Source: a virus (taxonomy: Duplodnaviria; Heunggongvirae; Uroviricota; Caudoviricetes). Taken from it: a stretch of 14,328 nucleotides of DNA. This document shows positions 1 to 8,420 of this stretch, in pieces. The notes beneath the pieces were generated by a model that made no database searches, was not told where the DNA came from, and worked only from the letters and a program-made list of their open reading frames with translations. Within the stretch, counting starts at the first letter, position 1. Every line of letters starts with the position of its first letter. The stretch lies in IMG/VR virus record IMGVR_UViG_2526164690_000029; one strand, given 5' to 3'. The translations under genes were made by a program, and so were the position numbers.

Positions 1-105
1 CTTGCCACCGCCTCGCAGAACGGGCATTCCCTGTTCCTGCCAGTTCTGAATGGTACGGATACTCGCACCGAAAATGTCAGCCAGCTGCTTTTTGTTGACT
101 TCCAT
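1..105 (-). CDS. nu1: Terminase small subunit Nu1, N-terminal 35 codons (gene runs off the window start)
   Basis: Reverse complement of 1..105 translates to MEVNKKQLADIFGASIRTIQNWQEQGMPVLRGGGK, matching the lambda Nu1 N-terminus as I recall it; start ATG at 105..103. Confidence 0.85.
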   Translation of the reverse strand, partial: MEVNKKQLADIFGASIRTIQNWQEQGMPVLRGGGK

Positions 106-109
106 TGTT

Positions 110-330
110 CATTCCACGGACAAAACAGAGAAAGGAAACGACAAAGGCCAAAAAGCCCGTTTTCAGCACCTGTCGTTTCCTTTCTTTTCAGGGGGTGTTT
201 TAAATAAAAACATTAGGTTACGGCGAAGAAGAACGGAAACGCCTTAAACCGGAAAATTTTCATAAATAGCGAAAACCCGCGAGGTCGCCGCCCCGTAACC
301 TGTCGGATCGCCGGAAAGGACCCGCAAAAT
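110..330. other. cos: lambda-type cohesive end site (cosB/cosN/cosQ region)
   Basis: aggtcgccgccc at 282..293 is the reverse complement of the lambda 12-nt cohesive end GGGCGGCGACCT. It lies between the Nu1 start and sequence resembling the lambda right end; cosB is expected between cosN and Nu1. Confidence 0.7.
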
Positions 331-492
331 GATAATAATTATCATCTATATGTCACAACGTGCATCTACGCCATCAAACCACGTCAAATAATCAATTATG
401 ACGCAGGTATCGTATTAATTGATCTGCATCAACTTAACGTAAAAACAACTTCAGACAATACAAATCAGCGACACTGAATACGGGGCAACCTC

Positions 493-687
493 ATGTCAAC
501 GAAGAACAAAACCCGCAGAACAACAACCCGCAACATCCGCTTTCCTAACCAAATGATTGAACAAATTAACATCGCTCTTGAGCAAAAAGGGTCTGGGAAT
601 TTCTCAGCCTGGGTCATTGAAGCCTGCCGTCGGAGACTAACGTCAGAAAAGAGAGCATATACATCAATCCAAAGTGATGATGAATAA
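493..687 (+). CDS. ylcI: YlcI-like small DUF3950 protein, possible ribbon-helix-helix fold
   Basis: 64-aa ORF MSTKNKTRRTTTRNIRFPNQMIEQINIALEQKGSGNFSAWVIEACRRRL... closely resembles YlcI of the E. coli K-12 DLP12 prophage as recalled; it sits at the prophage right end next to cos. Confidence 0.7.
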   Translation: MSTKNKTRRTTTRNIRFPNQMIEQINIALEQKGSGNFSAWVIEACRRRLTSEKRAYTSIQSDDE

Positions 688-1046
688 ACATCCCGGTTTC
701 TTCCACCATCGCACCGGAAAAGCGACTATGAGGGTAACCCTGCGTCTGTCAGCACAGTAAAACCCGGTGTGCATCGTTTTTGATTATTCCCACACACTCA
801 CGCAGAAGGAATTCCCCGTCGGGCTACGGTCATGGTTAATGCGGGAATACGGCGACGATACAGCGCAGCTAAAAGGGTAATGGACAGATAGAGCGGTTTA
901 TTTCATTCCACAGGATTCTGAGTGCCCCCCTCCTCCAATAGGCTGAGCATCCACCTATATAGTTTTAATTTTCATCAATCCATTTAACTATCGTTTAATT
1001 GTTGTCACATAGGATTCTGCCGTTTTTAACAATGCAGGATAATAAG

Positions 1047-1341
1047 ATGAAAAAAATGTTGTTTTCTGCCGCTCTGGCAATGCTTATTACAGGATGTGCT
1101 CAACAGACGTTTACTGTTGGAAACAAACCGACAGCAGTAACACCAAAGGAAACCATCACCCAATCACTTCTTCGTTTCGGGAATTGGACAGGAGAAAACT
1201 GTTGATGCAGCCAAAATTTGTGGCGGCGCAGAAAATGTTGTTAAAACAGAAACCCAGCAAACATTCGTAAATGGATTGCTCGGTTTTATTACTTTAGGCA
1301 TTTATACTCCGCTGGAAGCGCGTGTGTATTGCTCACAATAA
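1047..1341 (+). pseudogene. bor: bor/iss-family serum-resistance lipoprotein, frameshifted
   Basis: MKKMLFSAALAMLITGCAQQTFTVGNKPTAVTPKETIT (lipobox LITGC) matches Bor/Iss, then the frame breaks near 1150-1160 (cccaatcac versus expected cccatcac). The Bor C-terminus KTVDAAKICGGAENVVKTETQQTFVNGLLGFITLGIYTPLEARVYCSQ continues in the +1 frame to the stop at 1339..1341. An alternative Iss-like start (MQDNKMKKM) is at 1032. Confidence 0.8.
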
Positions 1342-1351
1342 TTGCATGAGT

Positions 1352-1369
1352 TGCCCATCGATATGGGCA
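1352..1369. other. Hairpin between convergent bor and Rz; possible weak bidirectional terminator
   Basis: Perfect inverted repeat tgcccat-cgat-atgggca (7-bp stem, 4-nt loop) directly after the Rz stop and 10 nt after the bor stop. No clear U-tract on either strand. Confidence 0.3.
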
Positions 1370-1372
1370 GCT

Positions 1373-1835
1373 CTATCTGCACTGCTCATTAATATACGTC
1401 TGGGTTCCTTCCAGTTGTTTTTGCATAGTGATCAGCCTCTCTCTGAGGGTGAAATAATCCCGTTCAGCGGTGTCTGCCAGTCGGGGGGAGGCTGCATTAT
1501 CCACGCCGGAGGCGGTGGTGGCTTCACGCACTGACTGACAGACTGCTTTGATGTGCAACCGACGACGACCAGCGGCAACATCATCACGCAGAGCATCATT
1601 TTCAGCTTTCGCATCAGCTAACTCCTTCGTGTATTTTGCATCGAGCGCAGCAACATCACGCTGACGCATCTGCATGTCAGTAATTGCCGCGTTCGCCAGC
1701 TTCAGTTCTCTGGCATTTTTGTCGCGCTGGGCTTTGTAGGTAATGGCGTTATCACGGTAATGATTAACAGCCCATGACAGGCAGACGATGATGCAGATAA
1801 CCAGAGCGGAGTATAATCGCGGTTACTCTGTTCAT
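1373..1835 (-). pseudogene. Rz: Rz i-spanin, frameshifted near codon 9
   Basis: ATG at 1835 overlaps the endolysin stop (ATGA) and reads MNRVTAII before hitting a stop after 24 codons. The rest of Rz (…[49 protein letters not shown]…EQCR) is intact in another frame; the difference from lambda looks like one extra A in gattatactcc. Confidence 0.75.
1432..1614 (-). CDS. Rz1: Rz1 o-spanin lipoprotein, embedded in the Rz +1 frame
   Basis: 60-aa [63 protein letters not shown], matching lambda Rz1 as recalled, with lipobox VVGC and a proline-rich tract. Confidence 0.85.
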   Translation of the reverse strand: MRKLKMMLCVMMLPLVVVGCTSKQSVSQCVKPPPPPAWIMQPPPDWQTPLNGIISPSERG

Positions 1836-2329
1836 TGCTGACCCCACAAACAGATTTCACGCTCAATCTCACGACGAGTCATGAGACCTTTCCATTGCTT
1901 ACCGCCAGCATATGTCCAGCGACGTAGCTGATCACATGCGCCTTTGATATCGCCCTGGTTTATTTTGCGAAGAAGCGTCGATGTTCTGAAATTGCCAGCA
2001 CCCACGTTGTAAACGAATGAGTAAAGAGCGCCGCGCGTTGTTTCCGGTATATCGACTTCGATGTACGGGTTAATTTGTCTGGCGACAGTGGCAAGGTCTT
2101 TATTCAAGAGTGCTTTGCATTCTGCTTTGGTATACGTTTTACCGGGAATGATGTCTTTTCCGGTGTGTCCGTGACATACAGTCCATACGCCAACGATATC
2201 TTCGTATGGTATGTAGCTGACACCTTCCAGGCCATCGTCACCACTCGGACCAGTGATGAGCACAGACGCTATGGCAACAGCCCCACCACCAATAGCAGCA
2301 GCAACAGCCTTGCGTAATGATGGCGACAT
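1832..2329 (-). CDS. R: SAR endolysin, T4-type lysozyme (phage 21 R / DLP12 RrrD-like)
   Basis: 165-aa ORF with a weakly hydrophobic Gly/Ala-rich N-terminus ([21 protein letters not shown]) typical of a signal-anchor-release domain, followed by a lysozyme domain. Resembles phage 21 R; the stop overlaps the Rz start. Confidence 0.9.
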   Translation of the reverse strand: MSPSLRKAVAAAIGGGAVAIASVLITGPSGDDGLEGVSYIPYEDIVGVWTVCHGHTGKDIIPGKTYTKAECKALLNKDLATVARQINPYIEVDIPETTRGALYSFVYNVGAGNFRTSTLLRKINQGDIKGACDQLRRWTYAGGKQWKGLMTRREIEREICLWGQQ

Positions 2330-2544
2330 TATTCACCTCTCGCAGCCTTACGCTTATCTTCTTTAATCTTGAAATAAAGGTTTGTCAGATACGTCAGCAA
2401 GCCAAACACCAGGCTACCCAATACGCCTATTGCCACCCACTGGGATGGGGAGACTTTGTCCAGCAACTGCAGTAGCCAGTATCCCGTCCCCACCGCTGAC
2501 GTGGTGTATGACACACCTGTTGTTATTTTTTCCATCTGGTACAT
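2329..2544 (-). CDS. S: Pinholin (phage 21 S-type) with dual-start motif
   Basis: [71 protein letters not shown] (71 aa) resembles the S21 pinholin; Met1 and Met4 give the holin/antiholin pair. The stop overlaps the endolysin start by 1 nt. Confidence 0.85.
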   Translation of the reverse strand: MYQMEKITTGVSYTTSAVGTGYWLLQLLDKVSPSQWVAIGVLGSLVFGLLTYLTNLYFKIKEDKRKAARGE

Positions 2545-2952
2545 ACCCCGTCTCCCGTTATCCGGAAGCTGACAACAATAAAAAGCCACCAGTTAATTCC
2601 TGATGGCCCTGATGCATAAACGTCATAATACCTGACTGTTATGATTGACAATAATGATAATGTTTATATAGAAAGGTTCCCGATGTGTGTTACATATCAT
2701 TTCTCCACGGGGAATATCCCCACGCCAGCGCAGACTCTTTTACCCGTTCTCTTCTGCGCTGGCTCTTTTTTATTATGCTGCTGCATTTACCTCTGGCACC
2801 ATGCTTTCTATCTCAACACAATACGTGGTACTTCTTGTAACCAATATCATAACGATTAATCGACATAGAATTTCTCCCGTGTACAGGAACAGAGTTAAAA
2901 AGCCGGAACCGGAATCAAATCACAGGATGACCATCTGCCAGTGGCAGGTCAT

Positions 2953-2979
2953 AAAAAAAAGGCCGCGCCATGCGCAGCC
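2953..2979 (-). terminator. Intrinsic terminator candidate inside the late transcription unit
   Basis: Minus strand reads ggctgcgc-atg-gcgcggcc followed by TTTTTTTT (8-bp GC-rich stem with one G-U pair, then a U8 tract). Confidence 0.45.
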
Positions 2980-3693
2980 AGAACTCACAAGGAAAATGAT
3001 AGAAGGAAATAACATTAGTGATGTACGCATGGCGCCTCCCGCTAAGTTCTGCAATGATCAAACAGAACTCGCTACGTGCCCTTAAAACTCGATCATTTAG
3101 CCCCTCCAAGGAGGATTCACCATGCGGTTGATTTTTTAATAAACAGTAAACAAAAAAGTCAAGAATTATTCATTCTGTTCTTTCATCATCGGCCACAGCA
3201 ATACCACAATGCCGCAGACCAGAGCGCCATCAGTCAGTACCAACATTATCCTGCTGGTGAAATCCATCATCACCATCACTAAAAGCAGGATCACAACAGC
3301 AAGCAGACACAGTTTATAAAACAATGTTCAGAAAACGCATTCAGCATGCCTAAGGTTCTATTCCTACGAATAGCCAACTTGCAACTTAAAATATTATTTA
3401 TGCAGCCAATTAAATTCTGGTCCTTACAATATCAACCTGAAGATTCTTATCTTGTGCTGATTGATAAATGACAAACCTTTTACTACCTGCATTGAAAGAA
3501 GTAGACAAAACCAGACAATTATCATAACGAGCAAGAACATAATACCAACCATCATTATAATTAATCATTTCATATTCTTTCTTAAACTGTGGTTTGTAAT
3601 ATCCTGTCAGAAATGAAAAAAGCCAGAAATATGCCACAAAAGCAATCATCACAATCTCAAAAAAATGTTTTTTTATAAATGGCTTATCATAGA

Positions 3694-3702
3694 AGCATGA
3701 TA
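3694..3702. repeat. IS10 target-site duplication, left copy (AGCATGATA)
   Basis: The 9 bp directly left of the IS10 outside end are identical to the 9 bp directly right of the inside end (5032..5040). Confidence 0.9.
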
Positions 3703-3748
3703 CTGATGAATCCCCTAATGATTTTGGTAAAAATCATTAAGTTAAGGT

Positions 3749-3817
3749 GGATACACATCTTGTCATATGATCAAATGGTTTCGCGAAAAATCAATAATCA
3801 GACAACAAGATGTGCGA
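3749..3817 (-). ncRNA. IS10 RNA-OUT antisense RNA (position inferred from IS10 architecture)
   Basis: Established IS10 biology: pOUT drives an ~69-nt antisense RNA covering the transposase start. Coordinates are placed by offset from the IS10 outside end, not from independently recognised motifs. Confidence 0.4.
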
Positions 3818-5018
3818 ACTCGATATTTTACACGACTCTCTTTACCAATTCTGCCCCGAATTACACTTAAAACGACTCAACAGCTTAACGTTGGCTTGCC
3901 ACGCATTACTTGACTGTAAAACTCTCACTCTTACCGAACTTGGCCGTAACCTGCCAACCAAAGCGAGAACAAAACATAACATCAAACGAATCGACCGATT
4001 GTTAGGTAATCGTCACCTCCACAAAGAGCGACTCGCTGTATACCGTTGGCATGCTAGCTTTATCTGTTCGGGCAATACGATGCCCATTGTACTTGTTGAC
4101 TGGTCTGATATTCGTGAGCAAAAACGACTTATGGTATTGCGAGCTTCAGTCGCACTACACGGTCGTTCTGTTACTCTTTATGAGAAAGCGTTCCCGCTTT
4201 CAGAGCAATGTTCAAAGAAAGCTCATGACCAATTTCTAGCCGACCTTGCGAGCATTCTACCGAGTAACACCACACCGCTCATTGTCAGTGATGCTGGCTT
4301 TAAAGTGCCATGGTATAAATCCGTTGAGAAGCTGGGTTGGTACTGGTTAAGTCGAGTAAGAGGAAAAGTACAATATGCAGACCTAGGAGCGGAAAACTGG
4401 AAACCTATCAGCAACTTACATGATATGTCATCTAGTCACTCAAAGACTTTAGGCTATAAGAGGCTGACTAAAAGCAATCCAATCTCATGCCAAATTCTAT
4501 TGTATAAATCTCGCTCTAAAGGCCGAAAAAATCAGCGCTCGACACGGACTCATTGTCACCACCCGTCACCTAAAATCTACTCAGCGTCGGCAAAGGAGCC
4601 ATGGGTTCTAGCAACTAACTTACCTGTTGAAATTCGAACACCCAAACAACTTGTTAATATCTATTCGAAGCGAATGCAGATTGAAGAAACCTTCCGAGAC
4701 TTGAAAAGTCCTGCCTACGGACTAGGCCTACGCCATAGCCGAACGAGCAGCTCAGAGCGTTTTGATATCATGCTGCTAATCGCCCTGATGCTTCAACTAA
4801 CATGTTGGCTTGCGGGCGTTCATGCTCAGAAACAAGGTTGGGACAAGCACTTCCAGGCTAACACAGTCAGAAATCGAAACGTACTCTCAACAGTTCGCTT
4901 AGGCATGGAAGTTTTGCGGCATTCTGGCTACACAATAACAAGGGAAGACTTACTCGTGGCTGCAACCCTACTAGCTCAAAATTTATTCACACATGGTTAC
5001 GCTTTGGGGAAATTATGA
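3810..5018 (+). CDS. tnp: IS10 transposase (402 aa)
   Basis: ORF MCELDILHDSLYQFCPELHLKRLNSLTLACHALLDCKTLTLTELGRNLPTKARTKHNIKRIDRLLGNRH... matches the Tn10/IS10 transposase as recalled. Confidence 0.95.
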   Translation: MCELDILHDSLYQFCPELHLKRLNSLTLACHALLDCKTLTLTELGRNLPTKARTKHNIKRIDRLLGNRHLHKERLAVYRWHASFICSGNTMPIVLVDWSDIREQKRLMVLRASVALHGRSVTLYEKAFPLSEQCSKKAHDQFLADLASILPSNTTPLIVSDAGFKVPWYKSVEKLGWYWLSRVRGKVQYADLGAENWKPISNLHDMSSSHSKTLGYKRLTKSNPISCQILLYKSRSKGRKNQRSTRTHCHHPSPKIYSASAKEPWVLATNLPVEIRTPKQLVNIYSKRMQIEETFRDLKSPAYGLGLRHSRTSSSERFDIMLLIALMLQLTCWLAGVHAQKQGWDKHFQANTVRNRNVLSTVRLGMEVLRHSGYTITREDLLVAATLLAQNLFTHGYALGKL

Positions 5019-5031
5019 GGGGATCTCTCAG

Positions 5032-5040
5032 AGCATGATA
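5032..5040. repeat. IS10 target-site duplication, right copy (AGCATGATA)
   Basis: Identical to 3694..3702. Confidence 0.9.
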
Positions 5041-5639
5041 CCGATAAAAATCGCCCATAAGATCTTATCGAAATTGTAACCGCCAGCGCAATCGCTGCTG
5101 ACAGTAGCAAAAGAGGTACCTGAATCTTCTGTCTCAATATAGAAAACTCAATAATTGCCGGCACAAACAATAATTCCACAGCAAAATAAAGGCGAAATAC
5201 ATTTAGCTCTTGCATAGAATGTTTTCTTTTCACTGCGAAAAAGAATACAACACCAATACCCAACCGATAAGAAATATAGCAATGACGATAACTGCAAAAA
5301 ATAAACTTCTGGCAACATCATCAACACCTGCACCTACAATCCACCATGGGAAGCCGTAGTAAAAAGAAGTACCCCATCCATAGAAATAAGCACTCCCCCA
5401 TCCAAGGCATCCCATGTAGGCAATAAAAAGTGAAGAACTCCTGAGCAGCGCACCATCCTTCATAACCACCCCAATACAAGATGATAACATTGGCTTACAA
5501 CTCATAACAAAAGCAATTCAATGCCGTCAAGAGGTTACAGGCTAAAAAAACTCTATTACATTGCAGTCAGCATGTTTACTACACAAATACAATTCAGAGC
5601 ATAAAAACTACTCGGCGGCAGGTTATTGAGACTCATCAA

Positions 5640-5705
5640 TGACATGTAAAAAACGCCCATTATTGGTGTCAAGTTTCCCCAAAGTTATTCAAAAAGTCAA
5701 TATTA
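5640..5705 (-). promoter_or_regulatory. Late promoter pR'-like region downstream of Q
   Basis: Minus strand reads TTGACTTTTTGAATAACTTTGGGGAAACTTGACACCAATAATGGGCG, resembling the lambda pR' region (TTGACTTATTGAATAAAATTGGGTAAATTTGACT) as recalled. The -35 TTGACA lies at 5667..5672; the -10 is less clear. Confidence 0.4.
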
Positions 5706-5742
5706 TGCCGTTAATATGTTGCCATCCGTGGCAATCATGGCG

Positions 5743-6366
5743 CTAACGTGTGATCGCATTCAAAATGTTGTCTGCGATTGACTCTTCCTTGTGGCATTGC
5801 ACAACCAGAGCGTCATACAGCGGCTTAACAGTGCGTGACCAGGTGGGTTGGGTAAGGTTTGGGATTAGCATCGTCACAGCGCGATATGCGGCGCTTGCTG
5901 GCATTCTTGAATAACCGACGCCTTTACATCTTCCGCACTCTTTCTCAGCAACTATCCCCCACTGCTCTGTTTTGGCTATATCAACCGCACGGCCTGTACC
6001 GTGGCAATCTCTGCATCTTGCGCCCGGCGTAGCGGCACTACGGCAATAATCCGCATAAGCGAATGTTGCGAGCACTTGCAGTACCTTTGCCTTAGTATTT
6101 CCTTCGAGCTTTGCCACACCACGGTATTTCCCCGATACCTTGTGTGCAAATTGCATCAGATAGTTGATAGCCTTTTGTTTGTCGTTCTGGCTGAGTTCAT
6201 GCTTACCGCAGAATGCAGCCATTCCGAATCCGGCTTGTGATTGCGCCATCCCCATAGCAGCCATCACATCAGTACCAGAAAGAGAGTCAGAAGCCGTAGC
6301 CCGTGGTGAATCGCTCATCATCGGGCTTTTTGGCGAATGAAATTTAGCTACGCTTTCGAGTCTCAT
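5743..6366 (-). CDS. Q: Late-gene antiterminator Q (lambda type)
   Basis: 207-aa [113 protein letters not shown]... with the zinc-binding CRDCHGTGR…CGRCKG motif; near-identical to lambda Q as recalled. Confidence 0.95.
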   Translation of the reverse strand: MRLESVAKFHSPKSPMMSDSPRATASDSLSGTDVMAAMGMAQSQAGFGMAAFCGKHELSQNDKQKAINYLMQFAHKVSGKYRGVAKLEGNTKAKVLQVLATFAYADYCRSAATPGARCRDCHGTGRAVDIAKTEQWGIVAEKECGRCKGVGYSRMPASAAYRAVTMLIPNLTQPTWSRTVKPLYDALVVQCHKEESIADNILNAITR

Positions 6367-7027
6367 GCGCCTTCTCCCTGTACCTGAATCAATGTGAGGT
6401 TTCCGCAGAACACTGCGCCAGTATCGATATACATCTGGTTGGCAAATTTGAGTGGTTTCACTGCTGGCGTATGACCAAAGATGAACGTGTCCGCGCCTTT
6501 GATTTCTTTCACGATCCCGTCTTGTGAGTTGCTGATTCGTTCGCGGTTCCAGATTACCTGCTGATGATCAACTGGCTTTCCAAACTCGTATTTATCACAA
6601 GGATAATCGGCGTGGCAGATGACATATTTTTTCCTTTACTCACCAGTTCGATGATTAACGGAAGTTCATCTGCTTTATGGGCAAGAGCTTTAGCCAGAAT
6701 TTCTTTGTCGTAATCGAGATTAAAGAACCAGCCACCGCCATTAAGCAGCCAGTGATTGACGTTTCCACGCTCTGATAAGCCATCAATCATCATTTGCTCA
6801 TGGTTTCCACGTACAGCTCTGAACCAGGGGAATGTGATTAATTCCAGGCATTCTACGTTCTCTGTACCGCGATCAACCAAATCGCCCACCGAGATAAGCA
6901 GGTCTTTTTTGGTGTCGAATCCTATCGTCTCCAGTTTTTTCATCAGGTTCGTGTAGCATCCGTGCAGATCGCCAACTACCCAAATATTTCGGTATTTGCT
7001 GCCATCAATTCTTTCGTAGATATTCAT
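6363..7027 (-). pseudogene. ninI: Ser/Thr protein phosphatase NinI (lambda PPase, orf221 type), frameshifted at a poly-A tract
   Basis: [29 protein letters not shown]…GDLVDRG…GNHE carries the metallophosphatase motifs and matches lambda PPase. The frame breaks after ELVSK at the A-run near 6627..6635, and the C-terminal part ([11 protein letters not shown]…IQVQGEGA) continues in another frame to the stop overlapping the Q start. Confidence 0.85.
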
Positions 7028-7626
7028 GCAACCTCACTTCTGCTGTTTCGCAGTTTTTTAAGTTTCTGTTGATACTCCGCCTTGATGGCCCTGCACTCTT
7101 CGACAGTCCAGCGATAGCGGTTATGGTTTGATTCGATTTCCTCTACTGCTTCCTGCCCGATGCGGCTAATCAGTTCGACGCGATACGGAACGAGATTTCC
7201 GCTTTTGTGCTGGTTGCACACCACGCATTGCTTGTGAATATTGCGTTCATCAAATCGGAGTTGAGGTGCCGCAGCAGTTGTCCGGTAATGTCCGGCATCC
7301 CACTGAGCAGACGTGAGCGTTCCGCACGAGATACATGGTAAGTCGCGGTCTCTTTCTCTGATGAAGGCGTTTACGGCTTGTTGGGCTTGTTTAATCCAGT
7401 AACTGCGGGGCTTTAAGGCGAGTTTTCGAATCTTCAGTTTATCTTTCTGTTTCTGCTCCTCTCGTCGTAGTTTCTTCTCTGCTGCTTTTTCCGCTTTTTC
7501 GCGTTCTTTACTTCGTCGTTCGAGTGCTATCTTGGTTCCACAAATCTCATTACACCAATATTGATTTTGATATTTTGGTATAAACCATTCATTGCAACAT
7601 TTACATTTCCTTCGATAGATTCGCAT
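7024..7626 (-). CDS. ninG: NinG (Rap) protein with a replaced, AT-rich-coded N-terminus
   Basis: [103 protein letters not shown]… matches lambda NinG from GTKIALERR onward. The start ATG at 7626 has an AAAGGAG Shine-Dalgarno site inside the 3' end of the upstream HNH ORF. Confidence 0.8.
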   Translation of the reverse strand: MRIYRRKCKCCNEWFIPKYQNQYWCNEICGTKIALERRSKEREKAEKAAEKKLRREEQKQKDKLKIRKLALKPRSYWIKQAQQAVNAFIRERDRDLPCISCGTLTSAQWDAGHYRTTAAAPQLRFDERNIHKQCVVCNQHKSGNLVPYRVELISRIGQEAVEEIESNHNRYRWTVEECRAIKAEYQQKLKKLRNSRSEVA

Positions 7627-8167
7627 AAGTGCTCCTTTCGTTGCCGGAAAAATCACCGTAATACTTATCTCGGGCTTCTTCAGCAACTAGTACCGCTAAC
7701 TCCAGATCATCAAAGCATCCGAAGTGTTTACTCTTGCCATGGAATCCTAGCCTAACATTCCATTTTTTCTGTCGTTTGTGCCAAGTAACCCCTCTGCAAC
7801 CTGATTTGCTATTCTTTCGGATCCTTATATTTCTTGAATTTTCTATTGGCAGGCATTCTCTTAAATTTTCTGGCCTATTGTCGGTCCTAATTCCATTAAC
7901 GTGGTCAATTTGACCAGCAGGCCAACGATTATGAGTTATGTAAAAAACTAAGACGTGAGTTTTATATCTACGCCCATCTATCATGATCATTGAATAACCG
8001 TTGGAATCAAAAGTTCCAGCAACACTATTTAATGCTATCCTTCCCTGAGTGGGAACTTTCCATCTAAATACCCCGGTAGATTTATCGAAACTTAGTAACT
8101 CAAATATCCTTTTAACAGTTAAATCTTCTCTTTTACGGTTACATCGTCTTCGCGCTGGTTTAGCCAT
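7601..8167 (-). CDS. HNH endonuclease with C-terminal AP2-like domain, fused in frame to the first 9 codons of ninG (homing-endonuclease-like insertion)
   Basis: Starts MAKPARRRC (the lambda NinG N-terminus, with its native ribosome-binding site), then [21 protein letters not shown]…[19 protein letters not shown] (HNH motif) …[52 protein letters not shown] (AP2-like). The coding sequence is AT-rich compared with the flanking lambda-like DNA. Confidence 0.8.
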   Translation of the reverse strand: MAKPARRRCNRKREDLTVKRIFELLSFDKSTGVFRWKVPTQGRIALNSVAGTFDSNGYSMIMIDGRRYKTHVLVFYITHNRWPAGQIDHVNGIRTDNRPENLRECLPIENSRNIRIRKNSKSGCRGVTWHKRQKKWNVRLGFHGKSKHFGCFDDLELAVLVAEEARDKYYGDFSGNERSTYANLSKEM

Positions 8168-8366
8168 CGCCTTCTTCCTCCGTAATGGTTTTCTGAATTT
8201 GGCCACCTGAACAGAGCTCACCAAAGCTATGGATGTCGGTATTTCCACAATACCAAGATGGCGAAAATAACTGCATGATAAGCCTCAGGGAAAAGGGAAG
8301 ACACTACCCCCGATAATTCAGAAACAAATCGAAATACATGAACTAAAGAAAAAACCACAACAAACA

Positions 8367-8420
8367 GAAATAGAAATAGAAATAGAAATAGAAATAGAAA
8401 TAGAAATAGAAATAGAAATA
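8367..8420. repeat. Perfect hexanucleotide microsatellite (GAAATA)9
   Basis: Nine uninterrupted tandem GAAATA units, 54 bp, in the intergenic region between the minus-strand ninG/HNH block and the plus-strand island ORFs. Confidence 0.95.

Larger units (their letters stand above)
3703..5031 (+). mobile_element. IS10: IS10 (IS4 family), complete 1329-bp copy
   Basis: Outside end CTGATGAATCCCCTAATGATTTTGG at 3703 and inside end GGGGATCTCTCAG ending at 5031. Encodes the 402-aa IS10 transposase and is flanked by a 9-bp direct duplication. Confidence 0.95.
3410..5505 (-). pseudogene. Moron gene for a multi-pass membrane protein, interrupted by IS10 (N-part 5032..5505, C-part 3410..3702) and with one frame break near 5230-5265
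   Basis: The hydrophobic ORF 5230..5505 (…GFPWWIVGAGVDDVARSLFFAVIVIAIFLIGWVLVLYSF) continues in another frame at 4997..5263. Reading across the IS10 with one copy of the 9-bp duplication, that frame joins in-frame to ORF 3410..3652 (…SVSC-FYDKPFIKKHFFEIVMIAFVAYFWLFSFLTGYYKPQF…). Located between pR'/Q and the lysis genes, the usual moron position. Confidence 0.6.

Noticed and set aside
50-247. 65-aa plus-strand ORF across the Nu1 start and cos
   Set aside because: Antisense to the Nu1 N-terminus and running through cosB/cosN; no independent support.
1322-1534. Plus-strand ORFs overlapping Rz/Rz1 and the endolysin (1322..1534, 2075..2317)
   Set aside because: Antisense shadows of well-supported minus-strand genes.
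2382-3282. Plus-strand ORFs 2382..2603, 2641..2859, 2687..3085, 3076..3282 and minus ORF 2915..3109
   Set aside because: No recognisable motifs or translation signals; they overlap the pinholin or lie in apparently non-coding DNA.
5148-5333. Third-frame minus ORF within the moron gene
   Set aside because: It overlaps the two frames that together give a coherent hydrophobic protein; most likely an alternative-frame artefact.
5506-5742. tRNA genes or Shiga-toxin genes between Q and the lysis cassette
   Set aside because: Looked for stxAB-sized ORFs and tRNA-like structures in the Q-to-S interval, which is the Stx phage position; found only the pR'-like region and the membrane-protein moron.
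6001-7755. Plus-strand ORFs antisense to Q, ninI and ninG (6001..6240, 6756..6956, 7561..7755)
   Set aside because: They lie entirely within well-supported minus-strand genes.
8168-8248. Upstream GTG start (MEIPTS…) extending the HNH ORF
   Set aside because: The ATG at 8167 coincides with the native ninG start and its ribosome-binding site; the extension reads through a ninF 3' remnant from a GTG.
8367-8420. Possible CRISPR array
   Set aside because: The units are 6 bp and strictly contiguous with no spacers; this is a microsatellite.
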